From Octopus sinensis (taxonomy: Eukaryota), in assembly GCF_006345805.1 (NCBI RefSeq), contig NC_042998.1, positions 122,884,001-122,948,000 on the forward strand: 64,000 bases of DNA. The letters are read 5' to 3'. The position numbers and the translations under genes were made by a program. The notes beneath the pieces were generated by a model, which saw only the letters and a list, made by a program, of their open reading frames with translations, did not search any database and had not been told where the DNA came from. Positions within the stretch are counted from its first letter, which is position 1, and each line of letters begins with the position of its first letter. This document shows, one piece after another, positions 37,100-51,120 of the stretch.

Positions 37100-38070
37100 C
37101 AGGTTAGTTTTTATTCTTGATAGAATAAGAATGATCCATATATTGTTAGCAACTTTCTAGTTTCTGTCAAGTTTCTGTATGGTGTTTTTAGTCCAATCTG
37201 ATTACCGGTACTGCTCTCGCTTGTATTGCTTCAATAACATTTTAAAAATTCAACTTTGACTCTAATATTTTCCTACTCTCTTCGTATACTTCCTGCTGGC
37301 AATTTGTTCATGTTTCATATCGTCTGCTGCCCGTATCTCCAAACACTTAACCACTGTCCTTTCTCAACCACCTTCATTGTTTGCCCATTTAGCGTTTCAC
37401 TTCCGTGGTTTCTTTCAAATCTTAATAGTTTCCTTTTCAAAATAGCGCACTTTTCAGTCCCCAATTCCATATCTACATCATTTGAGAAAATACGAACAGT
37501 ATGTACAAGACTTTTAAGCTGCTTCTCATTTTTGGCATGAAACTTTATATCATGCACAAAAAGATAATTTACCCGACCATATACTTTTCTCAAATTGCTA
37601 GCTGTTTTAACTTTTCGCAATATCAAACTCAGCGGTATTATGGCCAATACAAACTGTAATGGAGATAAGCTTTCACCTTGAAATATTCCACGTCTGATGT
37701 TCATTTTCCCATGCTCATTGTTTTACTTATCCAACTGTGCGGTACCATATCATATGCTTTCTGTAATCTAACCATGCTACATTCAGTCCTGTCAATCTGC
37801 GTCTACAATTTCTAATTGTCATTTTATCAATTAACAAGTGGTCTTTTGTTTTCGTACTTTGTCTCCTGCATTCTTTTTGTTCTTCTGGAAGTAGTTTGTT
37901 ACTTTCCTGATGATTCTATAACATTTTCGCGAAGACAGGTCATTAGCTTCAGCATAATTGATAAACAGGTTATAGGTCGAAAATTTGATGCCGAGTTACC
38001 TTCGAAGAACTCCTTGAGACATAACAACGTTGGTGTTCTACTAGCTTCAGGAGCATAGATGAAGGTAACA
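37100..38070 (-). pseudogene. R4/Dong LINE RT fragment
   Basis: ASNFRPITCLSIM; RRGIFQGESLSPLQF; YLFVHDIKF; MELGTEKCA. Confidence 0.85.
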
Positions 38071-38381
38071 TCACAATGACATACAACAGTTTGGGTGGAT
38101 GTAGAGGAAAATGGAAGAAAAGGTGAAATGAGATAAAAGTATACATAGTATACAAAGTATGTGATATATAAAAGATTCAGTTCTCTTGACACAGGAGAAA
38201 CCTCAGCATTGGCAAATCAAGAAACTAGACAAGCAAAGTCAATGATGATGATGATGATTACAAAGTAAGTCGTCTTACGACTTTACTTTTCATCCTTTAG
38301 GTGAAAATAAGTACTGCTTGCCCTCGAAATTACAGGCCTAACGCAAACATTTGAAACAGATTATTATTATTATTATTATTA

Positions 38382-38448
<67 letters not shown>

Positions 38449-39178
38449 CATTATTGATATTATTATTATTATTGTTGTTGTTGTTGTTGTTATTATTATT
38501 ATTATTAGTAGTAGTAGATGTAACAATAGCAATAGGAGAAGTTTAGCACTTTATAGAACATTTCCTTTCAACACTGGTAATGGGTTAAGCTAAAAATGCC
38601 GATAGCCAAATTAAGGTCAGGAGGAAATGAAGAAGCCAAATACCCATAAAATGACCATCAGATATTAATAAAGATGTCAACCGAGAAACAAAGAAGCAAT
38701 GGAATTTCTTCGCTGTACAAGTATCGATCAGCTTATAACATAAAGTGAAGATGACCATATTTCTTTTTGTATGGAGTTATTGTCTACCTACAATCGATCA
38801 TGTGTACCTCGCTATTTGAATTTGCTTTCCTGTATATACTTCCTCAGAGATACATGTACATACATATGTACACATACATACAAGCATCTGTATGTATGTA
38901 GGCCTAACAGATACATACAGATATATATGTGTACGTAAACATCTGTTCGTCTGTCTGTCCGTCTGTCTCTATCTATCTAATTACTTACGTATGCAATTTT
39001 CATACAAAAATATATCCCCTGGAATTCAGAACTCCTTTGCTTTACCCACTGTTGCTCCACACACACACACACACACTCACACACACACACACACATATAT
39101 ATATCTATAATGTTACCACCTCATATCTATCTATATATATACTAACATCTCTATCTATTATACATACATATATCTATG

Positions 39179-39246
<68 letters not shown>

Positions 39247-39354
39247 CATAAACATTTAAATAATGAGGGAGATAAATTGAATATTAATTTAATTAATATC
39301 AATTTAAAACCAGTACTCTGATTTCTCTGATTTTTCAGATATATATATATATAT

Positions 39355-39415
<61 letters not shown>

Positions 39416-39419
39416 GCTA

Positions 39420-39860
39420 AAAGAATCGAATCTTTCCCTCTGATTGGATTAAACATTCTTCCCCAAAACCGAAGACATACACAACGGATAAAAAATATCA
39501 ACTTAAAAAACAATTACAAAAAGAAACAAGCGCAATCCAGAACAACAAATGTACAAAATCGATACAAAAGAGGACACGTTAACAGAGAAAATGTCCTCGG
39601 ATATATAAATAGTAATAAAAGAAAAAAACATTGAAAGATCATTTTTGTAGATCCAACCGACAGAGTTCTCGACACCAGATGATAAAAACCGATGTGAAAC
39701 CGGAGATAATTAGCCTATCCCCCCCCCCCCCCAAAAAAAAGAAAAAACTCTCTCAGTAGAAGAAAATAGTATCTTGTCAGATGGCCTAAAAGTTATCCAG
39801 ACACCACAGCACCCGAACTCCAATAAAATAGAGAACGATATTTGACAGGTCTATAGAAAA
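39420..39860 (+). pseudogene. Decayed PLE N-terminal ORF fragment
   Basis: KTLSVEENSILSDGLKVIQTP resembles the PLE LS..E..LL.KGL.F.PTP motif. Confidence 0.45.
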
Positions 39861-40267
39861 TTTGGAGTGCCTTGATTATAACTAAACATGGTCACTTATC
39901 TAAGTCGGTCTTCTTTTTAGGCGCAAAATATACTGTCACGTGACACTGACGCATGGATGGAGCGTAGGACGTACAAAAGGTTGTAAACTTAATTATGTGT
40001 TCATTCTCTACGAACACTTCACAGAAAGCCTTCAGAGCATTGATTGTTTGGACTGGTTCAGTCAACCGTATCAGCATTAACTTACGACGCTAGTTAGAAG
40101 CAAACAGTTGCCATATAAGTCACGTCTTTCTCTATGAACTTTTTGAAAATTAGTGTAAACTGTGAAACCAGTTTTCAACTTCTATTTCCCTATATTTCTT
40201 CCGTGTGGAATAAAATAACTTTGTTATGTATACATATGGTTTCTCTGGAGACTGTCAGAATGATGTG

Positions 40268-40316
40268 AACCCCTCTGATGAAGACCCAATAAAGTTCGAA
40301 AATCGATTAAGGTTGT
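40268..40316 (+). ncRNA. Hammerhead-like motif
   Basis: CCT-CTGATGA-AGAC..GTTC-GAAAATCGATTA-AGG with the palindrome AATCGATT. Confidence 0.5.
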
Positions 40317-41859
40317 TTATCGTTTTTCAGTCTGCGCAAAAATATATGCACGTATGCGCGTGTATACGTACACATACATGCATACAAATATACAATCATA
40401 CACACATATGAACGTACGTTTATATGTATATGCGTATGTACGTACTCGAGCGTAAAAAAAAACACTCAAAGAAGGTGAATCACTATAGTTATTTGGTTGA
40501 TACAATGTAGAAACAAAAAGTTCCTTGATATTTCGAGCTCACGTACTTCGTCGGAATAACAGAAAAGTAGAGGGTGAGAAAAACGGAAAAAAAAAAAAAT
40601 GGACAAGATAGAATACGGATTGTTTACGTGAAGCTATTGTGCCAGAGGTTTTAGGCGCTGAATAACGGCAAGAGTAGTTTTGTGAGTGTGAATATATATT
40701 TTGAGAGTAAGTGTACGTTATTTAAGTATATGTTTTCATTAGATGTTAACTTTGTATCTGTCGGTAGTTCTTTAGCTCGTGAGTGTACTTCCGTATGGTA
40801 ATGTATGTCGAAGCTACTTGTATATTTGTTAAAGATTAGTGTTTTGGTTGAGCCTCCTATGCATGATTTTATGGGTGTATATCCATCTTATTACATGAAT
40901 TTTAAGTATATTTATGTCTGCTAAATATGATGTTATGTATATGAGCATTTAGCCATGTTCATTGTTTGCTTGAGCAACTGAGTTAAACTTATCTGTGTGT
41001 CCTTGTGATTTTCTTTATGACTGCTTGGGGATGTCTTTCTAGCATTCAATTATGTATTCTGAATGTGTTTCTCAATATCTGTAAAATATGCTGGCATACA
41101 TTTCATGGTTGTTGATTTTTGCTTTAGGATAATATGTATGATTGTATATATGTGCATATAAAGTGAGTGTATATATGCATGTATGTGTGTGTGTGTGTGT
41201 GCCCGCTCGCTCGCTAGATACGTGTTGTTTACTTAAAGGTACGATAACAAACACCGGCGGTCAGATGGAGTGAGGAAGGTTTTCATACACAGGAAGAATT
41301 AACATTATGACAAGTGTTTGTGACTGTATTTGCGTGTATTTATGTCTGTGTGCATGTGTGTGCGTGTGTGTGTGAGTGTGTGAGTGTGTGAGTGTGTGTC
41401 TGTATCTGTTTTCCCATTATGTGCACGTGAATCTCCTCTAGTTTTCATCTATGTGGTGTGAGTGTATACGTGTACATGATTTTTTTGAGAAAGATGAAAG
41501 TAAATATTTGATGTCGTACTGTGCTGCATGAGCTAAACAGATACATATTTAAGCGCGTGTAACTTAATTCTATTCTGTGTGTGCTTGTGTATTTCATTGG
41601 AAAAGTCTGCATATTTTGATGAAGATCGGTTTAAAAATTTTATGCAAAATGTGTGCGTGCGTGCCTGTGTATGGATGTGTTTCTGTGTGTGTCTGTGTGT
41701 GAGTGCTGATGTATATCACACCGCGAAATCGTGAATAAGAGTGTTTCTTTAGTGTGTCCATGCGTTTTGTGTGTTGACTTCTTGAGTATATGTGTGTGTG
41801 CGCGAGTGGTTCTCATACAGGTTGTGCGAGCGTGTTTTGATAAATCTACCTTTTCTATA

Positions 41860-42007
41860 TTTGTTTCAGTCATTTGACTGTGGCCATGCTGGGGCATCAC
41901 CGGTCGCAGGAATTATTTTTAAAGTTTATTACTTTAAGTCCATTTTGCCGAATCGCTAGGTTACGGGGACGTAAACACACCATTACCGGTTGATAAGTGC
42001 TGGGGCA

Positions 42008-42043
<36 letters not shown>

Positions 42044-43380
42044 GCTTCTTTCAATTTCCTTCTATCAAATCCACTCATAAGGCTTTTGTTGGCCCTAACC
42101 TATAGTAGAAGACATTTGCCCAAAGTGCCTCGAAGTGGGACTGATCCCGGAACTATGTATGCTTTTGATGAATATGTCTTCCTGATGTGTCTGTATGTGT
42201 ATGCTTGTGCCGTAAATGTGTAAGAAGGGTCCTTTAACAAGCGTATGTTTTATTGTAGAAAGTATTTGTGTTTCTTCAATGATGTACGAGTCTGGTTGTA
42301 TATGTATATCTAAGTATGAATATGGAAGTGGAGAGGGGATGTTAAACTGGGGGAAGTGTTTGATACTCATTCTTGCTGAATACGACAGTAGAGACCGCTG
42401 AGCAGGGCCTTAGCACAAACACACACAACATTGGTGGACAGGCTAGATAGAGTGATTTGTCGAGCAGAAAGGATGCAAGACGAAGTGCTGTTGAAGAGAC
42501 GGATAATCGATATAGAGAGAGACAGAGAGGGAGAAAGGTGAGCGAGAGAGATGAGTAACAGAGAAGGATGGAGGGAGAGAGGGTGTGTGATGCAGTGGGA
42601 GGGAGAGTGAGACAGACAGACAGTGAGAGAGGCACAAAGAGAGCATTTTAAAATGTGGATATCATTAAAAGGCATGTTAAGTAATCAGTTAAGTGAGAAG
42701 CATGTTGTATTATACTAGTGAGGAAGGTGGTTGCATAGGAGAGTGTGGAGGAAGGAAAATCTTTCGATAGTGTAAGTTACGGACGTGTTTAAAGGAAGGG
42801 ATAGTGGATTAAGGATAATGTGAGTAACTCAGAGTGAAGGATTCCGAAAGCGCGTAGTAAAAGCATGATGATGAACAGTTAATAAGCAAGGTTGGTTGGG
42901 AGAAGGAAAGAAAAGCGTTGGAATTTGGAAAGACGCAAAGAGACAGAATGGTATAGAAAGAGAATAAATGTAATCGCCTAAATAGATGAGAGCAATGACG
43001 GCTGATATATGTGCATACATTTCAATACGTGAGTACCAATATACATACACGCATATATACATACGTATGTATGTGAGTATATATACATGCATACATACAT
43101 AGATACATACATATATATATATATATATATAATTCTATTATTCTTTTATTCTTTCACTTGTCGCAGTCATTTGAGTGCGGTCATGCTGGATCACCACCTG
43201 AAAGGGTGTTAGTTGAAGAAATCGACCTCAGGACTTATTCTTTCTAAGCCTAGTACTTATTATAACGGTCTATTTTGTCGAGTCACTAAATTAGGGGACA
43301 TAAGCACACCTGCATCGGTTGTCGAGCGATGGCGATGGGTTACAAACACAGACACAGATACAGAAATATATATATATATA

Positions 43381-43430
<50 letters not shown>

Positions 43431-44925
43431 GCTTCTTTCAATTTCCTTCTATCAAATCCACTCATAAGGCTTTTGTTGGCCCTAACCTATAGTAGAAGAC
43501 ATTTGCCCAAAGTGCCTCGAAGTGGGACTGATCCCGGAACTATGTATGCTTTTGATGAATATGTCTTCCTGATGTGTCTGTATGTGTATGCTTGTGCCGT
43601 AAATGTGTAAGAAGGGTCCTTTAACAAGCGTATGTTTTATTGTAGAAAGTATTTGTGTTTCTTCAATGATGTACGAGTCTGGTTGTATATGTATATCTAA
43701 GTATGAATATGGAAGTGGAGAGGGGATGTTAAACTGGGGGAAGTGTTTGATACTCATTCTTGCTGAATACGACAGTAGAGACCGCTGAGCAGGGCCTTAG
43801 CACAAACACACACAACATTGGTGGACAGGCTAGATAGAGTGATTTGTCGAGCAGAAAGGATGCAAGACGAAGTGCTGTTGAAGAGACGGATAATCGATAT
43901 AGAGAGAGACAGAGAGGGAGAAAGGTGAGCGAGAGAGATGAGTAACAGAGAAGGATGGAGGGAGAGAGGGTGTGTGATGCAGTGGGAGGGAGAGTGAGAC
44001 AGACAGACAGTGAGAGAGGCACAAGAGAGCATTTTAAAATGTGGATATCATTAAAAGGCATGTTAAGTAATCAGTTAAGTGAGAAGCATGTTGTATTATA
44101 CTAGTGAGGAAGGTGGTTGCATAGGAGAGTGTGGAGGAAGGAAAATCTTTCGATAGTGTAAGTTACGGACGTGTTTAAAGGAAGGGATAGTGGATTAAGG
44201 ATAATGTGAGTAACTCAGAGTGAAGGATTCCGAAAGCGCGTAGTAAAAGCATGATGATGAACAGTTAATAAGCAAGGTTGGTTGGGAGAAGGAAAGAAAA
44301 GCGTTGGAATTTGGAAAGACGCAAAGAGACAGAATGGTATAGAAAGAGAATAAATGTAATCGCCTAAATAGATGAGAGCAATGACGGCTGATATATGTGC
44401 ATACATTTCAATACGTGAGTACCAATATACATACACGCATATATACATACGTATGTATGTGAGTATATATACATGCATACATACATAGATACATACATAT
44501 ATATATATATATATATAATTCTATTATTCTTTTATTCTTTCACTTGTCGCAGTCATTTGAGTGCGGTCATGCTGGATCACCACCTGAAAGGGTGTTAGTT
44601 GAAGAAATCGACCTCAGGACTTATTCTTTCTAAGCCTAGTACTTATTATAACGGTCTATTTTGTCGAGTCACTAAATTAGGGGACATAAGCACACCTGCA
44701 TCGGTTGTCGAGCGATGGCGATGGGTTACAAACACAGACACAGATACAGAAATATATATATATATATGCATATATATATATATATATATACGACGGGCTT
44801 CCCATTTCCGTCTAAGTCTTTGGTCGGCCCAAAGCTCTAGTAGAAGACATTTACCCATGATGTCACACAGTGGGGCTGAACCCGGAACCACGTTGTTGGG
44901 AAGCAAGCTTCTTACCACACGGCTA
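41860..44925. repeat. ~1387-bp tandem duplication bounded by SINE A copies (41860-42155, 43140-43545, 44520-44925; all minus strand)
   Basis: Identical ORFs 42095..42370 and 43482..43757. Apart from microsatellite length, only a 1-nt indel was seen. Confidence 0.95.
42330..42960 (-). pseudogene. Very decayed PLE linker/GIY-YIG (duplicated at ~43717-44346)
   Basis: PSFKHVRNL (cf. SFKR.RNL) and HCITH..SLYIDYPSLQQHFVLH (cf. YCI.C..LYIG.T..L..RF..H). Confidence 0.4.
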
Positions 44926-45979
44926 CAGGAAATGACGTTGTGACTGGATGACTGAGATAGTTTAGCATTTAAAAATTAACCTATTTTACATTTAATAAAC
45001 GTATCAAATGTAACCTATATTCATAAATGTGCATATAAATATTGTTCTACTACGGGATGGTGTATTTTTACTTGATAAACATAAGCACTATATATTCGTT
45101 CTTCACTTCATATTTAATATTGTTCTTATTCTATAAATGTAAATATGAATATAAACATATCTTTCCATACACACCTGGGTATATCTATATAGATATATAT
45201 ATACACAGGATGCACATACTACTTCTAAGTACATAAACTAATTTTGAAAATCTAATGCGAATTTCTTGTAATTATATGGTGTCTTTGTTGAGAGTCAGTT
45301 ACAATTAGTGATAGGTTTCTTACTCTTTTCTCGAGCTACGATTGAATTTTCAATATAAATTAGAAATATTTTGCTCACGACATGTAGAATTTCCCCCCCC
45401 CCATTAGCTCATTTTACTTTATATTAACCAAATATTCTAAACAAAAATAAACTGTTGGAAAGTGTTTTTTGTTTTTTTGTTTTCTAATAGAAGAATTATA
45501 TCGATAGTTTCCTTTTACTTGCTAAGTAATATTGAATATGTCCCCCCATAAGCAGGTGAAATAACTTTGAAAATGTTTTACTCTAAAATACTAAAAATTA
45601 CCTGCTTTTTCCTTTCGGAGTGGCAAACGTTTGCCACGGGTGTTTTGTTTACTTTCATCAATTGAAAGGGGAATTTCAATTAATTAAGGATTAATTGTTT
45701 ACACCACTTAGTACATAACCCCTCAACTTCATTAAGTGGCATTAACTAAGTTAATGTCAGTTAAATTTTATTTATAATTTCTAATATTTATGCCATTTCG
45801 ATATGTCTATATACACATACATGTATATATGTATCTTTGTGTGTATGTGTAGGTGTACACACACACACTCATACACACACACGCACACACGCACACACGC
45901 ACACACACAAATATGTATACATATATACATGCACACACATTTATATATGTACATATATCCAAACTAATACATATGTATG

Positions 45980-46010
<31 letters not shown>

Positions 46011-46778
46011 GCATGTATGTATAAATGAATGCATGCATGTGTGTATGCATGCGTCTATGTATGTATATATGTATGTATGTGTAAGTGTATTTACATTGCG
46101 AGAGAGAGAGAGCACGAGAGATGGATAGAGAGGAAGAAATATTTATATCGTATTTTGTTATATGTAATTTGCTTGTTATATTAAATGTAAGAATAGTTAT
46201 TACAATTCAAAAGACAAAACAAGACTGGTAATGAAATTAAATGATTGTACTCGATATACCAGCAACAAAAGATTCCAATTAGGAATACAATACTGTAGGG
46301 GAAACACGCTTTATTAATCGATAACACAAAATGCTCTTACGCTATAGGTCCAGCTGTAAACGTTGAGTTCAAATTAGTGAACGAATGCCATGCATTACGG
46401 ACATTGTTGAACTTTGGTATAAGGCTTTTGAAGAAAATTGCCTCTTTAATACTAAGACCGTCCTCCATTCGCGAAACGCAGTAATTCCGCTAAATAAAAT
46501 TTGTCGCACACGAAAGTTGCTACAATTACAGATGTTACTGTACATTTTTAGTAGCCTCCTCCGTGCCTAAGGTCTCCGCTAGCCCTCAGATTCTCAGAAA
46601 CCATGTGCACTGGGATGATAGACATCTCTTTTTAGCAAATGCTTACCGATTACCGGAGGAAAATATATTTCCAACGAAGGAATTCAAGGGGGCTTACTAA
46701 GGTGGAGATTATGGGCATAACTGAACCCGGAACCATGTGTTTGGGAAGCAAGCATCTTACTACACAACTACGTCTGCG

Positions 46779-46826
<48 letters not shown>

Positions 46827-46830
46827 GAAG

Positions 46831-46888
<58 letters not shown>

Positions 46889-47699
46889 GGGGAATGAATA
46901 TAGTGAAAACAATAAATACAAAACAACGAAATTGAGAAGTTGATAAAATGAAAGAATCAGTAATCCAAAGAATAGGTGTAAACCTTGCAGTACATTTACA
47001 AAGCGATAGAAAGCATACCAAAGTTGGATTTTTAGTTCCTTGAGCAAATTATTTTACGCTAAAGTGTTTAGAAAACGGAACTTTTACATCATCTCTTAAC
47101 GAATAAAATTTCCCATTAGTTCGTTGATTGTGTTGACGAATAGTTCAAACTAATTCAATTGGAAACCCTTATCATATTCCTATTGTTTGGTATGTTATTT
47201 GTACATTGTACTAGTTTTCACCGAAAGAGAATTTATTGAATATAGTTTACTAAATTCCATCTTACTTTAGCAAATATCAAGTAATATAGATTCTTGTGTT
47301 GAAAAGAAACTCGCTCGAGTCTACTTCATTTCGGTACAATTTTAATTACACTTGTTACTGCCGTGGGTTAGATAAGTACGTGAATATCAATAGGTTTTTG
47401 ACTGTGTTAGCAATGCGTCAGAGCAGGTGTTTCTAATTTTGGTTATGTATCTTTTAGAAAGAAAAAAAAATTTAACAGCGTAAAATGGTTCGTCGTAATC
47501 TGGAGTATCAAGACAGCTGCGCTTAAATTACTTTTCTATTTTTCTTTAAAAAAGAAATAACAATGGTGGCCATCATCATCATCATCATCACAGCAACCAT
47601 ATTCTCAATAATTTTATACGAGTTCTTACTGCATCACAAAGTGGAACCCTGTATTCTTTAAGCTTGTGTAACATTTTCTGGGGATTTAGAATGCGTTTG

Positions 47700-48900
47700 T
47701 ATAGTACACCAGTTTCGCTTTCTTGTTAGGTATTGTTTGTTGTTTCTAGTGCCGATATGCCGATAACGGTCATATAGGAATGTGTGATATTTTATTGGAT
47801 CCTAATTCTGTACAACATGTTCTGAGAGGGCTGCAGTATTTTATTAAGTGCTGATTGTTCAGAGTTTGTGTTGTGTGCGGTGACTGCACTATTTCACTGT
47901 GCTATTGCACTGTACTACCTTATACAGTGAGTTCACTCAATGTGATATTGCTATCATATATAAAGTAACTTGTGCCATCTGTGTCTAACAATGCTATTTT
48001 CTAGACTTAATGTAACGTTGCGAACATCGGTATGACTCACATGTCTTAATCTTTTATTACCTAATGTTTCACCTATTTTTGGCACTATTTTCTTAATCAT
48101 GCCACAAACGCATGCAGTTTCCTTCAAATTCAAGGTCTCTATATTTTGAGTTCCTCAACTCCTTTCGCTTAGAGTTTTGGTTATTTAAAAACTAATGCCA
48201 GTAGTCCTTTTTATATCCGAACTATTTCCATCGATCACTTTCTCCGTTAAAACCGACAGGTCCCAGAAGTAGGTTCTTAGTGTTATAATGTCGCGTATCG
48301 GTTATGTAGCAGTATGTATTGTGTTATTTTATTGTATGATGATCAGGCATAGATTGTGTTATATAAGCTGTGATATTTTATTAGGTATTTCTAACGTAGG
48401 ATATCTGTTGTGTGCTGTTTGCGTGATGTTACAAAATTGAAAGTGTCATGCTCAGGATGAGTTGTGCCTAATAAAACTAATTTTGCTGCAGTTTGAAACA
48501 TGTAAGACTTTGTATAACTCTTATGTCTTTGCACATATTTTATAAAGATTGTAATTAGTGACTCAATTATTATTGGTGTTGTGTTCATTTTTTTTGTCAG
48601 GTCCGAGATCCTTGTATTTGGAGACGCTGTCCACTTTGTTTTGTGCAAAATATTATAGGCTTATATCGCCTGTCAGCTTGGATCCATTATCCTTTTGTCG
48701 ATTATGGCATCTAGGCGTTTTATTAATCTTCCTGTTAGTCTTCCTCCATGTGGAGACTTCCGGGACATTGACGATGGAGTACTGTTTGTTATTCGATATG
48801 ATTTGAAAATCCTTTTTGATTTTGTAATATTTTTTGCAAACTATTCAGTTGTTTTTCCTTATATGTTATTTCGGTGTAATTTGTTTCTCGTTTGTAGCCT
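47700..48900 (-). pseudogene. Highly decayed R4/Dong LINE
   Basis: KELRNSKYRDLEFE near 48130-48170 (cf. KE.EKLSKYKDLEIE). Confidence 0.45.
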
Positions 48901-49340
48901 GTCGTTGCCAGTTTTATATAACTTATAATATTGTGAGCTGAACCCATCCCGTCAGGTATTTAAAGGGACGACGAGATACATTCGTCCAACAAGCACACGA
49001 AACTTTGAGTCGTATGAGACTGAGTGAAAATATGAGCAAATACATATAACTTCTAAGTTAAAATTCAGCCGAGGTGGACTTAACCTGTCATCGTTTTGGG
49101 GTTGGATAAAATAAGCACCAGGAGAAGACTGGAGTCAATCTAATCAACTTACACACTCCCCCAAAATGGTTGACCTTGTGCCAAAATTTGAAAACAATAT
49201 ATGCACCTTTAACCAATTGCATTGAGTGCCACTTTCTTTCGTTTGTCCACTCACTCGTTTATGTATACATATACATAATTCATACATGTATGTATGTATG
49301 TATGTATTATGTATATATATATCACAAACACATACATATA

Positions 49341-50183
49341 CAAAGTCTGGTCAATAAGTATCCGGACTGTTGCTATATTAACGAAGCTAAAGCACACAGA
49401 GTGAAGCCGCTTGACATAGACTGACTTTAAAAATCTGCTGTACATGCGCACAAAGTTTTAAGCGTCTATCTCGCTTTCGCTGTTTACAGCAATGCTTCGA
49501 AGGAACGGATGTAGCGTGTGATCGTCGCATTGACCGTGAGGCCTACTCAAAGTTGCAGAAAGTGTATGAAGAGGAGTGTAGCAGCCGCACAGAATTGTAT
49601 GAGTGGGCCAGACGTTTCTAAGGTGGCCGAAAAAATGTCGATATTGATGAACCTTCTGTGAGACCCGCAACCAGCAAAACTGAGGAATACATCGCAAATG
49701 TGCGTGTAGCTGTGAGGGGAAATCGTAGAATCACCATCCATGAGTTATCAGAGGATTTGCAGATTAGTTCAGAGATTAATCACTGAAAATTTGGATATAA
49801 GATGCGTGTCTGCCAAGTTTGTGCCAAATCTGCTTTCAGCTGACCAAATGGACACTCGGGTTTCAGTTGCACAAGATCTCAGTTATGTCGGGAACGATGG
49901 AAATTTTTTGAAAACATCGCATAGGCCTCTGAGCAGGTATCACCTAATTTGTGCAAAATTTTATGCAAATTCTCTGCTCGTTGTTCCTTGTCATGGTCAA
50001 GGCGATAATCACACGCTACACACCTTCCTTCGAAGCACTGCTGTAGACAGAGAAACTGAGCTAGAAGGTTAAAACTTAGTACACATGCACAGCAAAGTTC
50101 AAGGTCAATTTGTTTCAAGCTGTTTTACTCTGCGTGCTTTAGCTTCATTACTACAGCAAAAATCCGGTTACTTCTTCATCAGA
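49341..50183. mobile_element. Foldback mariner derivative built from two 5' ends (~200-bp inverted arms)
   Basis: 49341-49540 inverted against 49990-50183. + strand N-terminal HTH: YEWARRF..GR..RRITIHEL..VSAKFVPNLLS. - strand start: KLGDTCSEAY. Confidence 0.85.
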
Positions 50184-50295
50184 AGAGACTTACGGTCGTA
50201 ATTTTCCAATAGATTACTTTTTCCGTTAATATTTTAACCCATTTAACTCCTTGTTTATTTTCCTGAAGCTCTGTTTTATAACTAGAATAGCTACT

Positions 50296-50491
50296 GATTT
50301 TCTTCTTCTTCTTCTTCTTCTTCTTCTTCTTCTTCTTCTTCTTCTTCTTCTTCTTCTTCTTCTTCTTCTTCTTCTTCTTCTTCTTCTTCTTCTTCTTCTT
50401 CTTCTTCTTCTTCTTCTTCTTCTTCTTCTTCTTCTTTTTCTTCTTCTTCTCTTCTTCTTCTTCTTCTTCTTCTACTACTACTACTACTACT

Positions 50492-50538
<47 letters not shown>

Positions 50539-50600
50539 TTACTACTATTTCTTCTTTTTCTTCTTCATCATCATCATCATCATCATCATCACCATCATTG
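50296..50600. repeat. Compound (TTC)n(TAC)n(CAT)n microsatellite, followed by a SINE B fragment (50601-50712)
   Basis: Direct reading. Confidence 0.95.
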
Positions 50601-50889
50601 TAAAGGCGGCGTGATGGCAGAATCGTTAGCATACCGGGCAAGATAAATAGCGGCATTTTGTCCGTCTTTACATTCTGAGTTCTGAGTTCAGACCATTTGA
50701 GGGTCGATAAATTATATAAAATTGTTAGATTACATAAACCCTGGGGTCTAAATATTCTCCTTTGTAAATATTTTACAAACACAGTACTTCAAAACATTTA
50801 GGCCTGTATTCAACCAGTTTCAGGAGTTGAGAACCAACGAAAAGCTCCTCAACATGAGCCAATTAAAGAGTAAGTAGGTGGTCACATAT

Positions 50890-51120
50890 ACTCAAAGTAT
50901 TGTGATAGACTGTCTTATTGTTAAGGAATACACTCAGGAGCAGGAAAGGAGGAAGGTTATATAGCTCTTTTCAAATAACAGGAAGGATTTCCAAATGACT
51001 CTGAAAACAGTCCTGGAAGGAGCTATTGCATGCACTCACATATACTTGCTATTTCTGGCCAAGAATGAAACAAAATACAGAGAAAACTCGCGCACAAAAT
51101 GCCTGCCAAAGAGTGATGGC
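50890..51120 (+). pseudogene. Possible Gypsy integrase Zn-binding remnant
   Basis: ALTYTCYFWPRMKQNTEKTRAQNACQ resembles A..R...WWP.M..DI......C..C. Confidence 0.3.

Noticed and set aside
50251-50782. Poly-Leu and poly-Glu ORFs
   Set aside because: Compound trinucleotide microsatellite.
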